A stretch of 64,000 bases of DNA from Camelus dromedarius (GCF_036321535.1 NC_087438.1:2048001-2112000); one strand, 5' to 3'; positions 35,698 to 49,499 are shown, counted from the stretch's first letter. Numbers and translations: made by a program. The notes: generated by a model not told the origin, from the letters alone.

Positions 35698-38600
35698 CCT
35701 GCCCACAGAACGACGTAAGTGCATCCTTTCCATGTGTCAGGCACTTTCAGACCGTATAGAAGCGTTCCACTTTGGACTAACCCGTGTGCAACGTGTCGGC
35801 CTAGAACGTGAGCAGGGTGAGATCTCAATGGACAGGAGGCGCACGTGCAGAGCGGACGGGGCAGGTGGGGAGTGCGGGGAGAGCACGTCAAGCAGGGGCT
35901 TGGCAGGCGAAATACAGGGCTCTCGGCTAAGCTTCAGCTTCAGATAAGTGACGGCTCACTTTGCACAAGCAGGCCCCGTGCAGCATTTGGGCCACACTTA
36001 CTCTAAGCAGTCGTTCCTGGAGCATCTGACCTTCAGGTCTAACTGGGCTTCCCAGAGACCAGCTGTCCAAAGCGGGGCGGGGGTGGGGGCGCCGTAAGTG
36101 CACAGTGCACTCCAACCGGTTTTAACGAACAGATTCTCCAGCTCTCTCCACCTGGGTGGACTCTGGGGTCCCCTGACTCACGTCTGACTGCCATGGGTTC
36201 CGTGTGTGGACCCCGCGCCCTCCGGGCTGCACGGATACAGCGGTTCCTGAAGCTCAGGGTGGGAGCTGGCCCAGGCCTGCTGCCCAGAGCCGGGCTCAGG
36301 CGGTGAGGGCGAGGGCTCTGGGCACACTCGCTGGACACGGCCCCGCCCAGCCCATCTCGTGTCAGGAAGCAGCGCACGCCACGGCCTGCGAGGCTTTCTC
36401 CAGCCCAAGGCAACTCCATGCAATAAAATTACCCATTTAGTAGTCGACGCTCCTGTCAATTAAGATGGAGAAGTTCCTTTCGCTAAGCTCAGGATGATGA
36501 ACACAGGTGTCCCCACAAATGCTAATCCCTACGTTCTGTGAAACCCCATGCGCGTCGCCTCCTCACAGAGAAGACGTTCATCTTCCCACGTGCTTGCCTG
36601 CCTTTGCAAGATGACCTCTCCTGGAGAGACCAGCAGGCTACGGGGAGGCATTGTGCCCGATCTCACGGGGTTAAAGCACTGAAGGCAGATGGCAGGGACA
36701 GGCTTAGCGGTCACCGCATTCAGCCTCACCTGCCGAAAGCCTCTGGGTCTCCCGAGGTCACCCCCGCCCTCCATTCTCAGGTGAGATGCATTTGCTGGGG
36801 GCGTCCTCACCCCGCAGGTCCCACAACCCAACCCCGGAGTGCCCGCCCCGCCCTCGGGGGCTGGGCTGCAGCATCGTGGCTGGAAGGTGCTTGCCCGGTC
36901 GCGTGGCAGCCACCAAGGAGCCAGAGGCACCTGCCACAGTCCTTAACAGCCTCTCTTTCCAGAATGATGGCGAAGCACCCTTGTTACTGCTTTTGTGTGC
37001 GTCACAGATTCTCACCCATCAAACGTTTGAATTGTCTGCTGTGGTCTATACCCTCCAATGCATCACCATCGCTCAACATAGAGAGTGCGGAATGGAATCC
37101 AAATCGAGGTCTTCAGCTCATCTCTATTCTATCTCTTCTTATTTGTTCCTGCAAATTTCTCCTCCAAATTACACTGATTTCCACGGGCCTCTGAGGACCA
37201 TGACTTGGGTGGTGGAGGCCCCGGGTCCAGGCGCAGCAACCCCGTTTTCAACACACCTCCCAGACCCAAGCAGACACCCCTCACGCAACTTGGGAAACAC
37301 CTGAAGCCACGGTGCTCAGGACCGGCCCCTGGTGCCCCTGGGTGCGTGTGTGTCCCCCATCTCCATCCTGCCCGGCCCATCCTCCCTGGCCCACCCAACG
37401 GAGGAGCATCGCCGAGGGCAGGGCCTGGGCCTCCTCCTCCTCCGCACCCTTGCCTGCCTGGGAGGGGGCAGCGCTCAGGGACTCTGATGGTACGAATGCG
37501 TGAGCACAGGGGAATGTACCCGCCCACCCTGCAAACGCGGTGATTCCATCCTGGTCCACGTCCTGTGTGTTCGTCTTGCTTTTCTAAATCCATCGACATG
37601 AGAAGCAGCTCTCGCCTTCGCTGCAGCCCCGATGATGTGATCTTACTGTCACCTCTGTTCTGACACATCCCTGCACTCTCACGTCATGTGACATCCGTGC
37701 CCCTTCACCCACTCAGAACTCCGTCCACATTCAGTGCTCTGCCTTCTTCAGCGGGGAGGCCAGACACGCGCTCTGCAGGCACAGGGTCGATTCTTCTGGG
37801 AAGGCTGCAGGGCAGAGTCTGGCTCCCTGGACCCTGGACCACTTCCTGGGGGCAAGCCTGTGGCCTGTCATCTAGAGGAACCAGCCTCTGTGTCCGGGAT
37901 CCTGGTCCTGCTGAGGTCCTGCTGAGAGCTGGCTCCAGAAGCTGCCGTGGTCCTCGGAGCCCAGCCCGCGGGTGGGCTGCGGGTGGGACAAGGGTCAGTG
38001 AAACCCATCCTCCCCCCCACCACACTCATTATCAAGGCTGGCGCATCCTGCCCTGCGCTGCCCACTGCCCAGCCTGCCCAGGGCCGTCCCAGGTCTCTGG
38101 AACCTTCCTGTTCGACGCCTGGAGAGCCGGGCCCTCTGCACTTGCCTGCCTCCTGCGCCCGGCGCTCCGCTCCAGCCCCGCCCCACTCAGGTGTGGCCCT
38201 GCAGGTACGCTCTGCTCCCCAAGGCTGGCTCGTCCGTCCTCATGCCTTTCTCGGTCCCTTCTCTGGGTTCTTGGGAGCCACTTGCTTCCAAGTCTGCTGG
38301 CGAAACCAGAGGTCATCATCCTTCTGGGCACCGGCGGTAACCTCGGCAAGGCCGCAGCCCTCACGGGGTTCTGGAGAGGAAGGTGCATGTGTGCAGCTGT
38401 CCGGGGGCCACCCCCCCCCACCCCGCCACACCGACCACTCCACCCTTCCCTCCGCCGGGGGCACAGGCGATCTGAGCAGCTGCTCCCCACAGCCCCTCAC
38501 CTGCCCCCGCTGGCTTCCTGCCCGTTCCCGGGCCCCTGGGTCGGACTGCGGTCATTTTCTGGACCTTCTAATGACTCAGCCAAAACCCAGGAGCAGCAGA

Positions 38601-39112
38601 TGAACGACAATTACCCGGAGCCTGGGGCCTCATGAAGTGCCCCTCTGCAGAATTCTTTTTTAGTTTAGCCAAAGATGGTTTGTAATTCAGAACAAATGAT
38701 CTGTAGAGTTAAAGAATGCCACGCGTTACATGCTCCTAGAAAATCTGTATTCTCGGAGAGGGATCTGCAGGGCCCGCGGCTACCTGCCTCCCCTGCGCCG
38801 CGGGCCCCGCCGGCTTGTGCCTGGCGCCTGCTCTCTGGTCCCCAGTGTCGCAGGCCCAGGCCACCGGCGGGCGAGACCCTCGGAGCGCCCGCCCCGCGCT
38901 CGCAGCGCCGAGCCCCAGCCCGCCCAGGGCACTGCGCTGTGCTAGGCTACGCGGTCTTCAGGGAACATCCGTGTAATAAGAAGCCCAACCATCCTTGAGC
39001 TGTTTTTTCTACAAAGGGAAGTCCTGTTCCTGGAGGCCTTGGGAAGGCCCCCTCTGGCCATGTGGCTGCAGGCTCCCGAAGCCCGGGGCGGCCCTCCGCA
39101 CCCCCTCCTTCG

Positions 39113-39372
39113 TTTCCCTTCCCTTCCCTTCTCTTCTCTCCTCTTCTTTTTTCTTTCTTTCCTTCCTTCCCTCTTTCCTTCCTTCCTTCCCTCCCTCCCT
39201 CCTTCCTTCCTTCCATCCATCCTTCTTTCCTTCCTTCCTTCCTTCCTTCTTTCCTTCCTTCTTTCCTTCCTTCCTTCCTTCCTTCCTTCCTTCCTTCCTT
39301 CCTTCCTTCCTTCCATCCATCCTTCCTTCCTTCCTTCCTTCCCTCCCGCCTTCCTTCCTTCCTTCCATCCTT
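39113..39372. repeat. (CCTT)n/(GGAA)n polypyrimidine microsatellite, ~260 bp
   Basis: Near-pure pyrimidine tract of CCTT/CTTT/CCCT units with few interruptions. Confidence 0.98.
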
Positions 39373-39719
39373 TCACTGAAGTGCAGTTGCTTTACAACGC
39401 GCCCGTTCCTTCTGGAGGACAGCACAGTGGACCTGGAGATCCTCATCCTAAGGGAAGTAAGCTTTATATTTCTTTTAATTAAGGAGGCTGTGCAAACCGC
39501 CGAGATGAGACCCCAGACAAAGAGCAGTGTGTCCCTCCAGGGACAGTGCCTTCCCCAGCCAGCCGGGGTGCAGGGACAGCTCCCCATGCACGTGATGAGT
39601 CTCCAGGGTGCCGCACGGGTCATCCTTCAAGATGTGAGGTTCTCCCCGCAGGAGGATAAAATGGGACAGATTTTTCCGTCAGCCTGGCTGACTTCCCCAG
39701 TGGGACAGGCTGAAATCAC

Positions 39720-39965
39720 ATACTGATAACTCTTATAATTTCCACACCTTAAATAATTTAACGTGAAATCACATAAATAAAATGCTGTAACTGAGCATAA
39801 TTCTTTACACATTTTCTAATAATCCTAGCCTTTTAAATTAGCATAATAACACTTAGAATAATCGAAGAATTTAATTGCACGGAGCCCTGGAATATTATCT
39901 GGCGAGGGAGTGCCACGATGCAGCTCTGACGAGCTTTAATTCAGTTGGTTTTCTCAATTTAGTTT
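39720..39965. promoter_or_regulatory. AT-rich homeodomain/POU motif cluster, candidate enhancer
   Basis: taaataatttaa, gcataattc, ttaaattagcataataac, tttaattgc and tttaattcag within ~250 bp. Confidence 0.35.
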
Positions 39966-40644
39966 TCACGTTAGATCATGCTGCAAAGGCAGAGACACAC
40001 AGACAAACCGTGGGGTACAGAACCGTCCATAAGTGCCTACAAGCTTTGCTGAAGATCTCCAGACACACCGCCCTTGAACTTCAGATGGAGGAGAACTAGT
40101 GACTGAACTACTGAGTTGCTCTCCTCTCTGCTGCGTTCTCATGGCTTTCCACACACACTGATGGTCAGTCCTTGATTGTTCTAGGGTGGACGCTGTCTGC
40201 TTTTTCCTCCCTCTCCTCACCCTGTCTCCCTCCCTTCCTCCCTCACTCTGTCTGTCCTTTCTTCCTTCCTTCCTTCCATAATGATACAGGGATGGCTATG
40301 TTCAGATATTCACATTCATTTTCTTTAGAGCAGAACCATGTAGTTAATTTAGAAATACATTGGCTACTGCATGCATTTCACAAATATAATGGGAAGAAGC
40401 CGTATTCTGCATGAATCTTAGATGTGTAAGTGGTTTCCAAGGTCATTTCAGAGTCCCATGAAAAGCAGACATCACTGGTGAGAAAGGATATTTTTCTATA
40501 TAAAAAGTGAATATTCAAAATTTTTGAATTCCACAAGATACACTAGTGAGGTCAGCAGATTTTCAGTTTCTCTGAGGATTTAATTCAGAATTCCTTTCAT
40601 GATCCAGTTTTTCCAACAAATTTTAAAATCACGAAAGCATATTC

Positions 40645-41110
40645 GCTATCTGTTGCTGCGTGGGAAGTTACTAGAAGTCAAGTGGCTTAAAATAACATGC
40701 TTTTATTATCCCAGAGGCATTGTGAGTCAGGAGTCTGGGCGCAGTGCGGCTGGGCCTTTCTTGGTGGCAACCGAGCGGCTGCCGGGGCTGCTCTGGAGGC
40801 GAGCTGTGGGGGCGCTGCTCGTGGGCTCGCTCCGGGAGCGGGCAGAATTCATCTCCGTGTTGTTCTAGAACTGGGCGGGCGGGGGGGCCCGGCTTCCCTC
40901 TGGTGTTGGACGGAGGGTGGCCTCAGCAACGAGAGGCCCCCCTCAGCTTCTGCCTCTTGGGTGTCCCTACGTGGCCTCTCCAGAGCCAGCAAGGGGACAG
41001 AACTCCAGCGCGCATCTGTGTGCTCCCCAAGGGTGGCGCGGTGTGTCCCAGCAGAGACATCCTAACAACCTAGCACGTTGCTGGGTGGGTCGGGGGGGCA
41101 CGGTCACGGG
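40645..41110 (-). mobile_element. Older MaLR LTR (MLT1-like), decayed
   Basis: aagtggcttaaaataacatgcttttattatcccagaggcattgtgagtcaggagtctgggc resembles the MLT1 antisense start. The distal boundary is uncertain. Confidence 0.6.
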
Positions 41111-41425
41111 CGCAGACACCACAGAGTGAGCACCACTGGGGTCACCTGGAGTCCGCCTGCCACACGTGTGCAAAGCCTGGCTGACACGCCCACCCCAACA
41201 TGCGTCTGGTGGTGCAAGGCGTGTGGGCCTGCATGTTTGTTCGTTTGCTTTAGAGACGCCGTGAATGTATTGCAAGTGCTGTTTCCTCAGGTTTGTCGCA
41301 TTTCCAGGGCCTGGTCGCTTATGATGTGGAGTCCACGTGTCCTCGCGAGGGGACAAAAGCTGCACCTCTCAGGTCGGCAGCTTCTGCCTACCCCACACCA
41401 CGTCTCCTACCAGGGCCGATCTGCG

Positions 41426-42101
41426 CACACACCACGCACACACCACACACAACATACACACAGCACAAACAACACACACACACACAAACAACACAACACA
41501 ACACACACATCACACACACACAAACAACACAACACACACATCACACACAACACACACACAACACACACAACACAACACACACAAACAACACACCACACAC
41601 AACACACAACATACACAATACAACAACACAACACAAACCACACACAATACAACACACAAAACACTCACACCACACACACCGTACAACACACAGAACAAAA
41701 CACACACAAAACACACAACATACACACAACACACAAAACATACTCTATACACACCACACACAAGACACAAAACACCACACACAACACCCACAACACAACA
41801 CACAAAACAACACACTCAACACAACACACACACACCACACACAACACATGCAATACACAACACAACACACACGATACAACACACAACACATAACACAAAA
41901 AATACACACACCACACACTACACACACCACACACAATACACACACTACACACGCAACACACACAACACACAAAACACCACACACAAGACATACACACCAC
42001 ACAACACGACACAACACACAACATACACTATACACACAACACACACAACACACACGCAGCACATGCACACAACACACACACATCCGTAGACACACAAACA
42101 C
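41426..42101. repeat. Long degenerate CA-rich satellite ((CA)n/(CACAA)n), ~680 bp
   Basis: Almost only A and C on the + strand. It is the source of the His/Thr/Gln and Cys/Val pseudo-ORFs. Confidence 0.98.
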
Positions 42102-43201
42102 ACTTTTGGAGGGAGGAGGATATGTCTGCTCATTTTGCCCAGTTTGCTTTCAGGATTTCTGGGGAGCCCTGATTTCTGTGTGGTCTCTAGCAGAACCCCA
42201 CTGCGCTGCATGACCTGGGAAACGCTGGCCGGTCTGCGGGCTCCTGGCTGTGGTCGCAGCCCCTCCTCAGCAGCCCTGGGCACGACCCCCCGACACACCT
42301 CCCCCCCTGCGGGCCGGGGGCTGCGCACGGGCCCCGCCGCCTCACAGAGCCCTGCTTTCGGAGCGGTGCCCTCTAAGTGTCTTCAGCAGCTGGGCGGCAG
42401 CTTCCACGCCTGGACAGACTTCCCACCTGCGGGGACGTGCCGAGGCAGGTGGCGGTGCGGAGCCTGGGCCGGCCGGCGCCGCCCAGTGTGCACCCAAGGT
42501 GCGCAGCTGGGGGCTGTCTGTAGCGCTCGCTTGGCGGCCAGCGATCGCAAGCGGGCCGGGATTCGCATCCAGGCTGGTGACTGTTGCCAGCGAGGAGAAG
42601 GTGGACGCTCTGGTCCAGTGAGGCCGATGGTGGGCTGGGCTGGACCCCAGACGTCCCGGCTCTCTGCTCCACACTGATGGACTATGGACAGCGGACGTCA
42701 GGACCACAAAAGGAAAATGTGGAGAGATCGGGCAGAACCAGCCCTCCTGCTACAAAAGACAGCTGCAAACACTCGCCTCATTCTGATCGCGCACCCACAC
42801 AGTCTGGGTCTAAAGGGCTGTGCACAGGCATCCTGAGGGGACAGGCCACGTCTGGGGCTCCTGGCACCAGAGGCCTGCTCATCTAGGTGGCCACCGCCCG
42901 CAGCGTCCGACGGAGAGGTGCCTGGTTCGCAGGAGTGAGGTCCCTGGGGATGCGGGGACCCTGGTCCACCTCCCGGGTAGGTGCATTGGCTGTCACGGGG
43001 CACGGACGGCATGTGGACTGAAGGGGAGGGAACGGGCTGGTGCAGAGGCTGATGCCTGAAGGAGCTCCTGGTGGACCCTTGGTGCCCGTGGCCGCTTGTT
43101 CCCAGCTAACCCGCCACGGGACCGCTACATCCTCAGCTCCTCCTAAGTACAGATCTCCAGCTCACGGGACAGCCGCTGCCTGCGTAAAGGCAGATGGTCC
43201 C

Positions 43202-43507
43202 TGCTGTGGTCTAAATATTGGTGTCTCCCCCAACTCAGATCTTAAAACCTAACCCACGGTGTGATGGTATTTGGAGGTGACGAGGTCGTGAGGGTGGAGC
43301 CCCCACGAGGGGCTCAGGGCCCTGATGACGGAGGCCCCCAGGCTCCCTCGCCCTCTCTGCCCCAGGGGACTGCAAGAAGATGCCGTCTGTGAACCGGGAA
43401 GCGGTCCTCACCAGACACCAGGTCTGCCGGCCCGGCCTCCAGAGCTGTGAGCCACTGTTTCACAGCCCCCTCCCCATCTGCAGTCCCCGTGACAGCAGCT
43501 CGAGCTG
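43202..43507 (+). mobile_element. MaLR solo LTR (MLT1A-like)
   Basis: tgctgtggtctaaatattggtgtctcccccaactcag...aacctaacccacggtgtgatggtatttggaggtg, gagggtggagccc, gccgtctgtgaaccgggaagcggtcctcaccagacacc. Confidence 0.9.
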
Positions 43508-43597
43508 CGTTTTTGCCCCTAAGTGTTTAAACTGGATCTAACCTCTCTAACAGTGATTCCCAGATTTCACATTCTTAATTAAGCATATTTACGGTAT

Positions 43598-43667
43598 TTT
43601 TAATATTGAAGTATAGCTGATTTACAATGTGGTGTTAGTTCCAGCTGCACAGCACAGTGATTTAGTT

Positions 43668-43731
<64 letters not shown>

Positions 43732-43852
43732 ATGCATTCCCTCTCAGGTTCCTTTCCATATGGGCTCTCACAAGATTGTGCGTGCACTGCCCTGTGCCGT
43801 GCAGCAGGAGCTTGCTGGGTATCGGCTTTATCTACGGTAGAATCTGCTAATC
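43598..43852 (-). mobile_element. 5'-truncated L1 3' end with an internal (TG)n expansion
   Basis: attgaagtatagctgatttacaatgtggtgttagttcc...atctgctaatc, colinear with the other L1 3' ends. Confidence 0.9.
43671..43730. repeat. (TG)22 TT (TG)7 microsatellite
   Basis: Read directly. Confidence 0.98.
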
Positions 43853-45889
43853 TCTGAGGGGTTCTAACAGAACCTTCTGGGCCCTGCCTGCACAAGTTCT
43901 GACTTGGGGGATCTGAGCTGGCTCCCAAGAGTTTCCATTTCTGACAAGCTCCAGACTGGTGGAACTGCCACTGGCTGGCCAGGAATGCAGGAACGGAGGG
44001 TCCAGGTACACATGCCCAGGAGGAAGCAGTCAGAGACAGCGGGCATTTTAGAGGGTAAATGCAATAGAACCTACTAAAACAGTCCATGTCACGAGGGAAA
44101 GGAAACAGTGTGGAAACTATCCTGGAACAAAAGGGGTAGAGATGGAGAGCCGACAAGCTACTGTGCCGTCTGCTTCTGGGTCAGATCCTGGTTCCCAGAC
44201 AGGACGCACCTAAAAGGAGGCTGCCTGGCATTTCCTGCAGGACCCGCTAGTGAACAGGATCCATCGTCTCCTACGATGACCTCGGAGAGAAGGATGCTGG
44301 CAGAGTCTGGCCAGAGCTCGCCTCCTGGAGTCCACGCAGACCCGCTCTGAAGCTGGGTTAGCCACCCGCAGGAGCACTTGGGCCGCGCCGGGCAGCTTCA
44401 GGGGCCCTGTGGCGTCTCTGGCCTTTTCTGATTAAATGCTTTCCTTTCTCCATGCACAAGAAGAGTTCAGAAAGGCCTAGATTTCACGCAGTGCAGCCTC
44501 GGTCATAGTCTTGCTTATGAACATCTGTGTCTCCAATCATGTGAACTCACACAGACAAAAATTATAAATACTTATCAAGTTATAAACATATACAAAACAC
44601 ACCTGCTCTCAGAAAACAAAACATCTAATCAATGGTCCAGACTTTTACCTTTTCATTCTGGTGTTCTGATGGACCAGCGACACAGCCCAAGCACATTCTT
44701 CCTTTAACGTAAAGAAGGCTACGAGAACTGGCCTGTTTCTGCTTTTACAGATACAGCTGAAGTTTGGTGGGGATTTGAAAGCATTACTTGTGTGAAGGAG
44801 TGACACTCGGCTGAGTGCACGTCGAGTCAGGGCGACGCTGCCCGCAGAAGCCCCCGCAGACCGTGATGCTGCTGTTATTCAGATCCAAGGTCACGTTCGA
44901 CGGCGCTGAAACTCCTTGACGTTAAACTGCACCTTTAACTTAGCAAAACCTCGGCTCTGCATCAGACGGTATTTGTGCAACAACTCGGGCTTTTAGAACG
45001 GCTGGTTTTCTCAGCAGTCCTTCCAAGTGTTTTTTGAATTAGGAAAAAATATGTTTATTGGTTTATGTAACTGAAGACAGGTTATGAAATTCCCTCAGTT
45101 TGCCAAAAGCAAAACAGAGCTCAGAGTCCAGAAGATGTGTGACTTCTGGAAAACCATCATGTGATAATTTAATAAACATGGAGACGGTTTTTACATTTTT
45201 ATTGAGGTTCACTAGTAACAGATGTTAAACGCGGCAGGCGCAGCACCATTTTATGCCCATGTTAGGGAAATGGACTCACAAATCTCTCCATGAAGCTGCT
45301 GTTCCCACTTCTGGTTCAAAGCTTAGGGAATTCTCTGGAAATTCCAGTCACTGACCTTGGCTTGAATAAGCACGTGGGCCGTTTCATTTGTGGGAGGCAC
45401 CAGTTCGGAGGCGATTTTGTTCATCGGTCCCTCCTCTCCTTTGCAGACTCATGGGAGTATACTGGGGTCTTGTGCATTTCCACAGCACCGGGCACCCAAG
45501 GAGGGTTGGGTGCACCCGCCTGGGGGTGGAGGGCAGCGGGGTCTGGGCCTGATTCCAGGCTTTACCCCGGCTTCTTTCTCACGGAGGTGGACTTTGTATT
45601 AAACAGAACATGAGTGTAGAAAGGTGCCCACATGATACACGCATGGCACAGGGAGGTTTTTGCAAAGGGAGAACAGGGTGATCAAGAACGTTACAGGCAC
45701 CCAGAGGCCTTCGTCAGCCCCTCTGGTCATTAGACAGGCCCCTCCCCCCCGCAGTGAAAGGAGTCGGCGTTCTGTCTCCAGAGACCACGCTGCCCGTTGC
45801 TCACAGACGCCCGTGTCTCCTCCCTTCCAGGGTGATGGGCGCGTGCGCTATTCCATCCTGAGACACCCTCGGATTTACTGAATCAGCAT

Positions 45890-46010
45890 GACAGTTGGGT
45901 TATTTCCAATAAAATCTACTAAGGATGCTTCTGTAGACGCATTTGCCTGCATTTTGTGAGCTTGTGTGAGCATAACTGTCAGATTTAAGCCAAGAAGTGG
46001 CATTGCTGGG
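45890..46010 (-). mobile_element. Ancient L1 (L1ME-like) fragment
   Basis: agttgggttatttccaa...ggatgcttctgtagacgcattt...ccaagaagtggcattgctggg resembles antisense L1 ORF2 3' sequence. Confidence 0.6.
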
Positions 46011-49000
46011 GACAGTTGGGCACACGAGCTTTGCTCTGTGGCTGGACCCACCCCCAGCCAGTTCCCCATCCTCGCTGGGCCACGTGACCACCCAGCGTGT
46101 GCGCTGCTCCCCACGTTGGCAGCCCGCCTCTCCGTCCCCGGCAGAGCTGATCAGCTGTGAGCGGAGGGGCAGGTGCATCTGGAGCGCTTTGGGGCTCTGC
46201 GTGGCTCTCTGAGTGGTCGCTCCAGGAACAGAGCAGTGTAGGGAGCCAGCCCTCAGTGCTGCTCAGCACCTGCGATGAGGGCCTGCGGAAAGAGAGAAAG
46301 AGACTTAAATTAGGGGGAGAACGTTCATGTCCTAAGTAGGAGTTGCTGATTCGCTCAGACAGGTTGTCCAGATTCTGGAAGATTCCAGCCCAGCCCAGGG
46401 AAAGAGAGGTGGGTCTCCCACCCACCCACCGCAGGCTCAAGTGTCCTAGAATGGCAGCCGCAGGGATGGGCTGCTCCAGCGGCCAGGGTTGTTCATCTGC
46501 TGTTGAGTCACTCATTAAAAGCCGCCCAGCTCTCGCCGTGGGCCAGGCCCGCGGGGTCCCGGGCTTAGCGCTGGGACGTCCCTGTCCTCTAGAAGCACAG
46601 AGACTCGGGAGGCAGGAAGCCCCCCCTCATCAGACTGTGGGGCTCAGGTGGCGAGGTGCGTCCCCCCACTCCCCAGGACGTCTTGTCCACCTCCTACTCC
46701 CTGCCCGGGAAGCGTGGGCAGAGCTTGAAGCTCCGTCAGGCCTTCAGAGTGGGGAAGAGCCTGCCCGGGAGAGGGACGAAAGGAGGGGCTGGAGAGCTAT
46801 TTCTAGAGACGTTATTTGTAGTAATTCCCAGAAAGGGGAAAACAGTCCCAAGCACCGCTCAGCCCCAGCTGGGCACGATCTGTGATCTCACAGCATCTTC
46901 AGGCAAGTCTTCCACACACTCATGTCTCTCTCTTCCGAAAGGCGGAGAGGATGGCCGTTCGCCACACCCAGGGAGAGGTGCGGGGGCCCTGGGCAGGGAC
47001 GAGAGCGCGGTCAGCACACTCCAGTCTTGGCGCCAGGCTTATCCCGCCCCCCAGCCCTCCGCGCCCTGAGCCTGGGGCAGCCCTGGCTGGCGGGAGCGGG
47101 TCTGAGAGGTGAGGTGCAGTGACACAGACCAAGGAAGGCTCTGTCCTGACCTTCACCAGGCACAGGAGTGAGTCCCCACCAAGCCACACGGCACGTGAGG
47201 TGTAAGAGAGGTGCCGACCAGAAGCTTCTGTGGGGTACACTCTGTCGGTGCTCACGGCGGTGGGATACGTCTTGACTCCCAGGGAGGAGGAGGCCACATC
47301 GCAACGTGGGACGGGTAAGGACCTGCCGCTGACTGGCCGGGCCTTGAAGGACCTGGAGGTAGGACTTTCTGTGGGTTTTAAAGCTGATGCGTGCCCAGTG
47401 CAGTAGAGTGCAAAAATCCCCTAAATCTCACCTTGCAGAGAAAGCCACCCAGCATTCTGGTAACCATCTCCCAAAGGCAATCGTCCACTTTGGCCTGAAT
47501 CAATGAACTCTTGACCAAAAACAATGCCTTCAATTAAATCAGCGCATCTTAACCTCAATCAGCAAAAACCCACGCTTGAGAAGTCTGCACGTCCCCGGGT
47601 GTGCGTTGAGGCTCACGTCACAGCACTCTGGGAGCTGTCGTGTCCCCTTTCTCTGCAGAAGGGTGGACACTAGATGGGGAGGGAACAAAGGAAATTAAAC
47701 ACATTTAAAATATTTTTATATTTAAATGATATATTTCTGTTATATGCATGTAACGTGTACATTGTGTTACATAAAACAAGAAACATGTTATATTGTCATG
47801 CATTGCAAATGAGATCTTTGAAATTATAAAATGGAAATACTTTATAACTTAATGTGACAATAAGCATAATTTAATACATAAAAATAATCATGTCTTTGAT
47901 CGTTCAGAGGAGAGCAAAGTTTCTTGTAGCACCCTTCTTGGGTTCTCTGCGAAATGCGTACGACACCCATGAAGAGAGAACCGTAAATGTGATGTTTCTG
48001 GAGTGTAAGGGGCATCTTCGGTGAGGGCCTCTGTGGTCAGCTCGCACAATCTGTTCTGAATTTAGGGTTCAAAGCGTTTAAGGCAGCTGTGCATTACTAT
48101 TCATGTCTGCCTTCAGATTGGCCTCCTGGTCTATTGAAAGAGACTAAATGAGAAATCTAACCTAGAGCAGGAAATCCTCCTTCTCCAGGCCAGCGAGAGA
48201 CTCACGAGATAGATCTGAAATGGAAATTCCTCTTTATCATATTGGAAACCTTGTGTTTTCATTCACACACAAGCTTGTCAGGTCCGTGGGAAGGAAGGCT
48301 GGTGAAATGGCCGGCCCGGGGGTTTATAGTCAGGGTCAGGAGGGACCTGGACACGTGTCCCAGCCCCAGGTCGAGAGTCCTGCAGGACAGGGCTCCGCTC
48401 CTGGGATGACCTGAGGGTGGACCTTGACAGAGTCCCCAGCCTCTGGAACAACTCCCAGGTCCAAACAAGGAAAGATACACCGGGCAAAACAGGCAGGTGT
48501 CTGGCCTCATTCACATGCTCGCCCTGCATCCTGGACAGTCCCAAACCATAGCCCCGTGGTCACTGTCTCCAATTGTCATCAACGCCTAATTCGTCCATCT
48601 CCTAGGTCATGTTCTTGAGATCACTTCAGCTGATAAGGAAAAAACCCCTTCACCAATCCTGGTCCATTTGGAGCCTATTGTGAACCAGGCACCAGCCCAG
48701 AACAGCATTTCTGCTTCAGAACCCACAAGGGGCGTGGCCGCGTCTCTTCTCTTGTGTGTCTTCTGCATAACAGTTGCCAGTTAAAGAAAGCTGCCTTAAT
48801 AAGTTAAGGAAATGCCAAGAAAGCTTCAAACCGAGGAGAGTTCGATGAATTTTCAGAGTTATTTCTGATTCGTCCAAGTCTGAAAGAGGCACGGACGGCT
48901 GAAGCGCACCTGCTCCCTGCAGAACCGTGACCGCCAAGGTGAGGCCGCACCTGGGGAGCTTTTCTGCTGCAAGACAAGGCTGAGGCTTGGTGAGAGCTCT

Positions 49001-49499
49001 GGCCCTGGAACAGCATGTTTTGCTAAGTAAATGAGTTGTCTAGCCACGTGAAGTTAAAAAGAATTCTGGCGGAATAAAAACACGGCCGTTTGAAAAGCCA
49101 TCAGTGGCTGTAAAGCAAACGAAGCTGTGCTTAAATGTGTGGCCGGGTGGGCTGCAGATGGCCTGGCCACTGCCCGGCCCTCATCCCAGGACATGGCCAC
49201 AGGCTGTCCAGGCTAACAGGTTTGCTCATTTTCATAAACTCACTTTTTCTCACACGATAAAGCTAAGTCACCCATGAATTTGTTCATTTTGCAAGCATTT
49301 AGCAATGACCTGCATGCAGAGTAAGGTCCACCAGCAGCGGTTGGAACTGGGGAAATATGAAAGCATGTTTAAGGTGTTCGATCTGAAGGAATTCAAAATT
49401 TATAATTAAAAAAGAGCAAGAGAAATTGAGAATAAAGGCGAGTCCAGCTGCCCCTTTGCCTGGCTTTCGTTTTTCCCTCTCTAGGCAGGAACTTTGATG

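Noticed and set aside
37688..38635. 315-aa ORF
   Set aside because: Low-information GC-driven ORF with a non-ATG start and no domain signature.
38942..39726. Leu/Pro/Ser/Phe and Arg/Lys/Glu/Gly ORFs (up to 243 aa)
   Set aside because: They are translations of the (CCTT)n tract.
41078..42328. Long His/Thr/Gln-rich and Cys/Val-rich ORFs (up to 306 aa)
   Set aside because: They are translations of the CA-rich satellite, which is nearly stop-free by composition.
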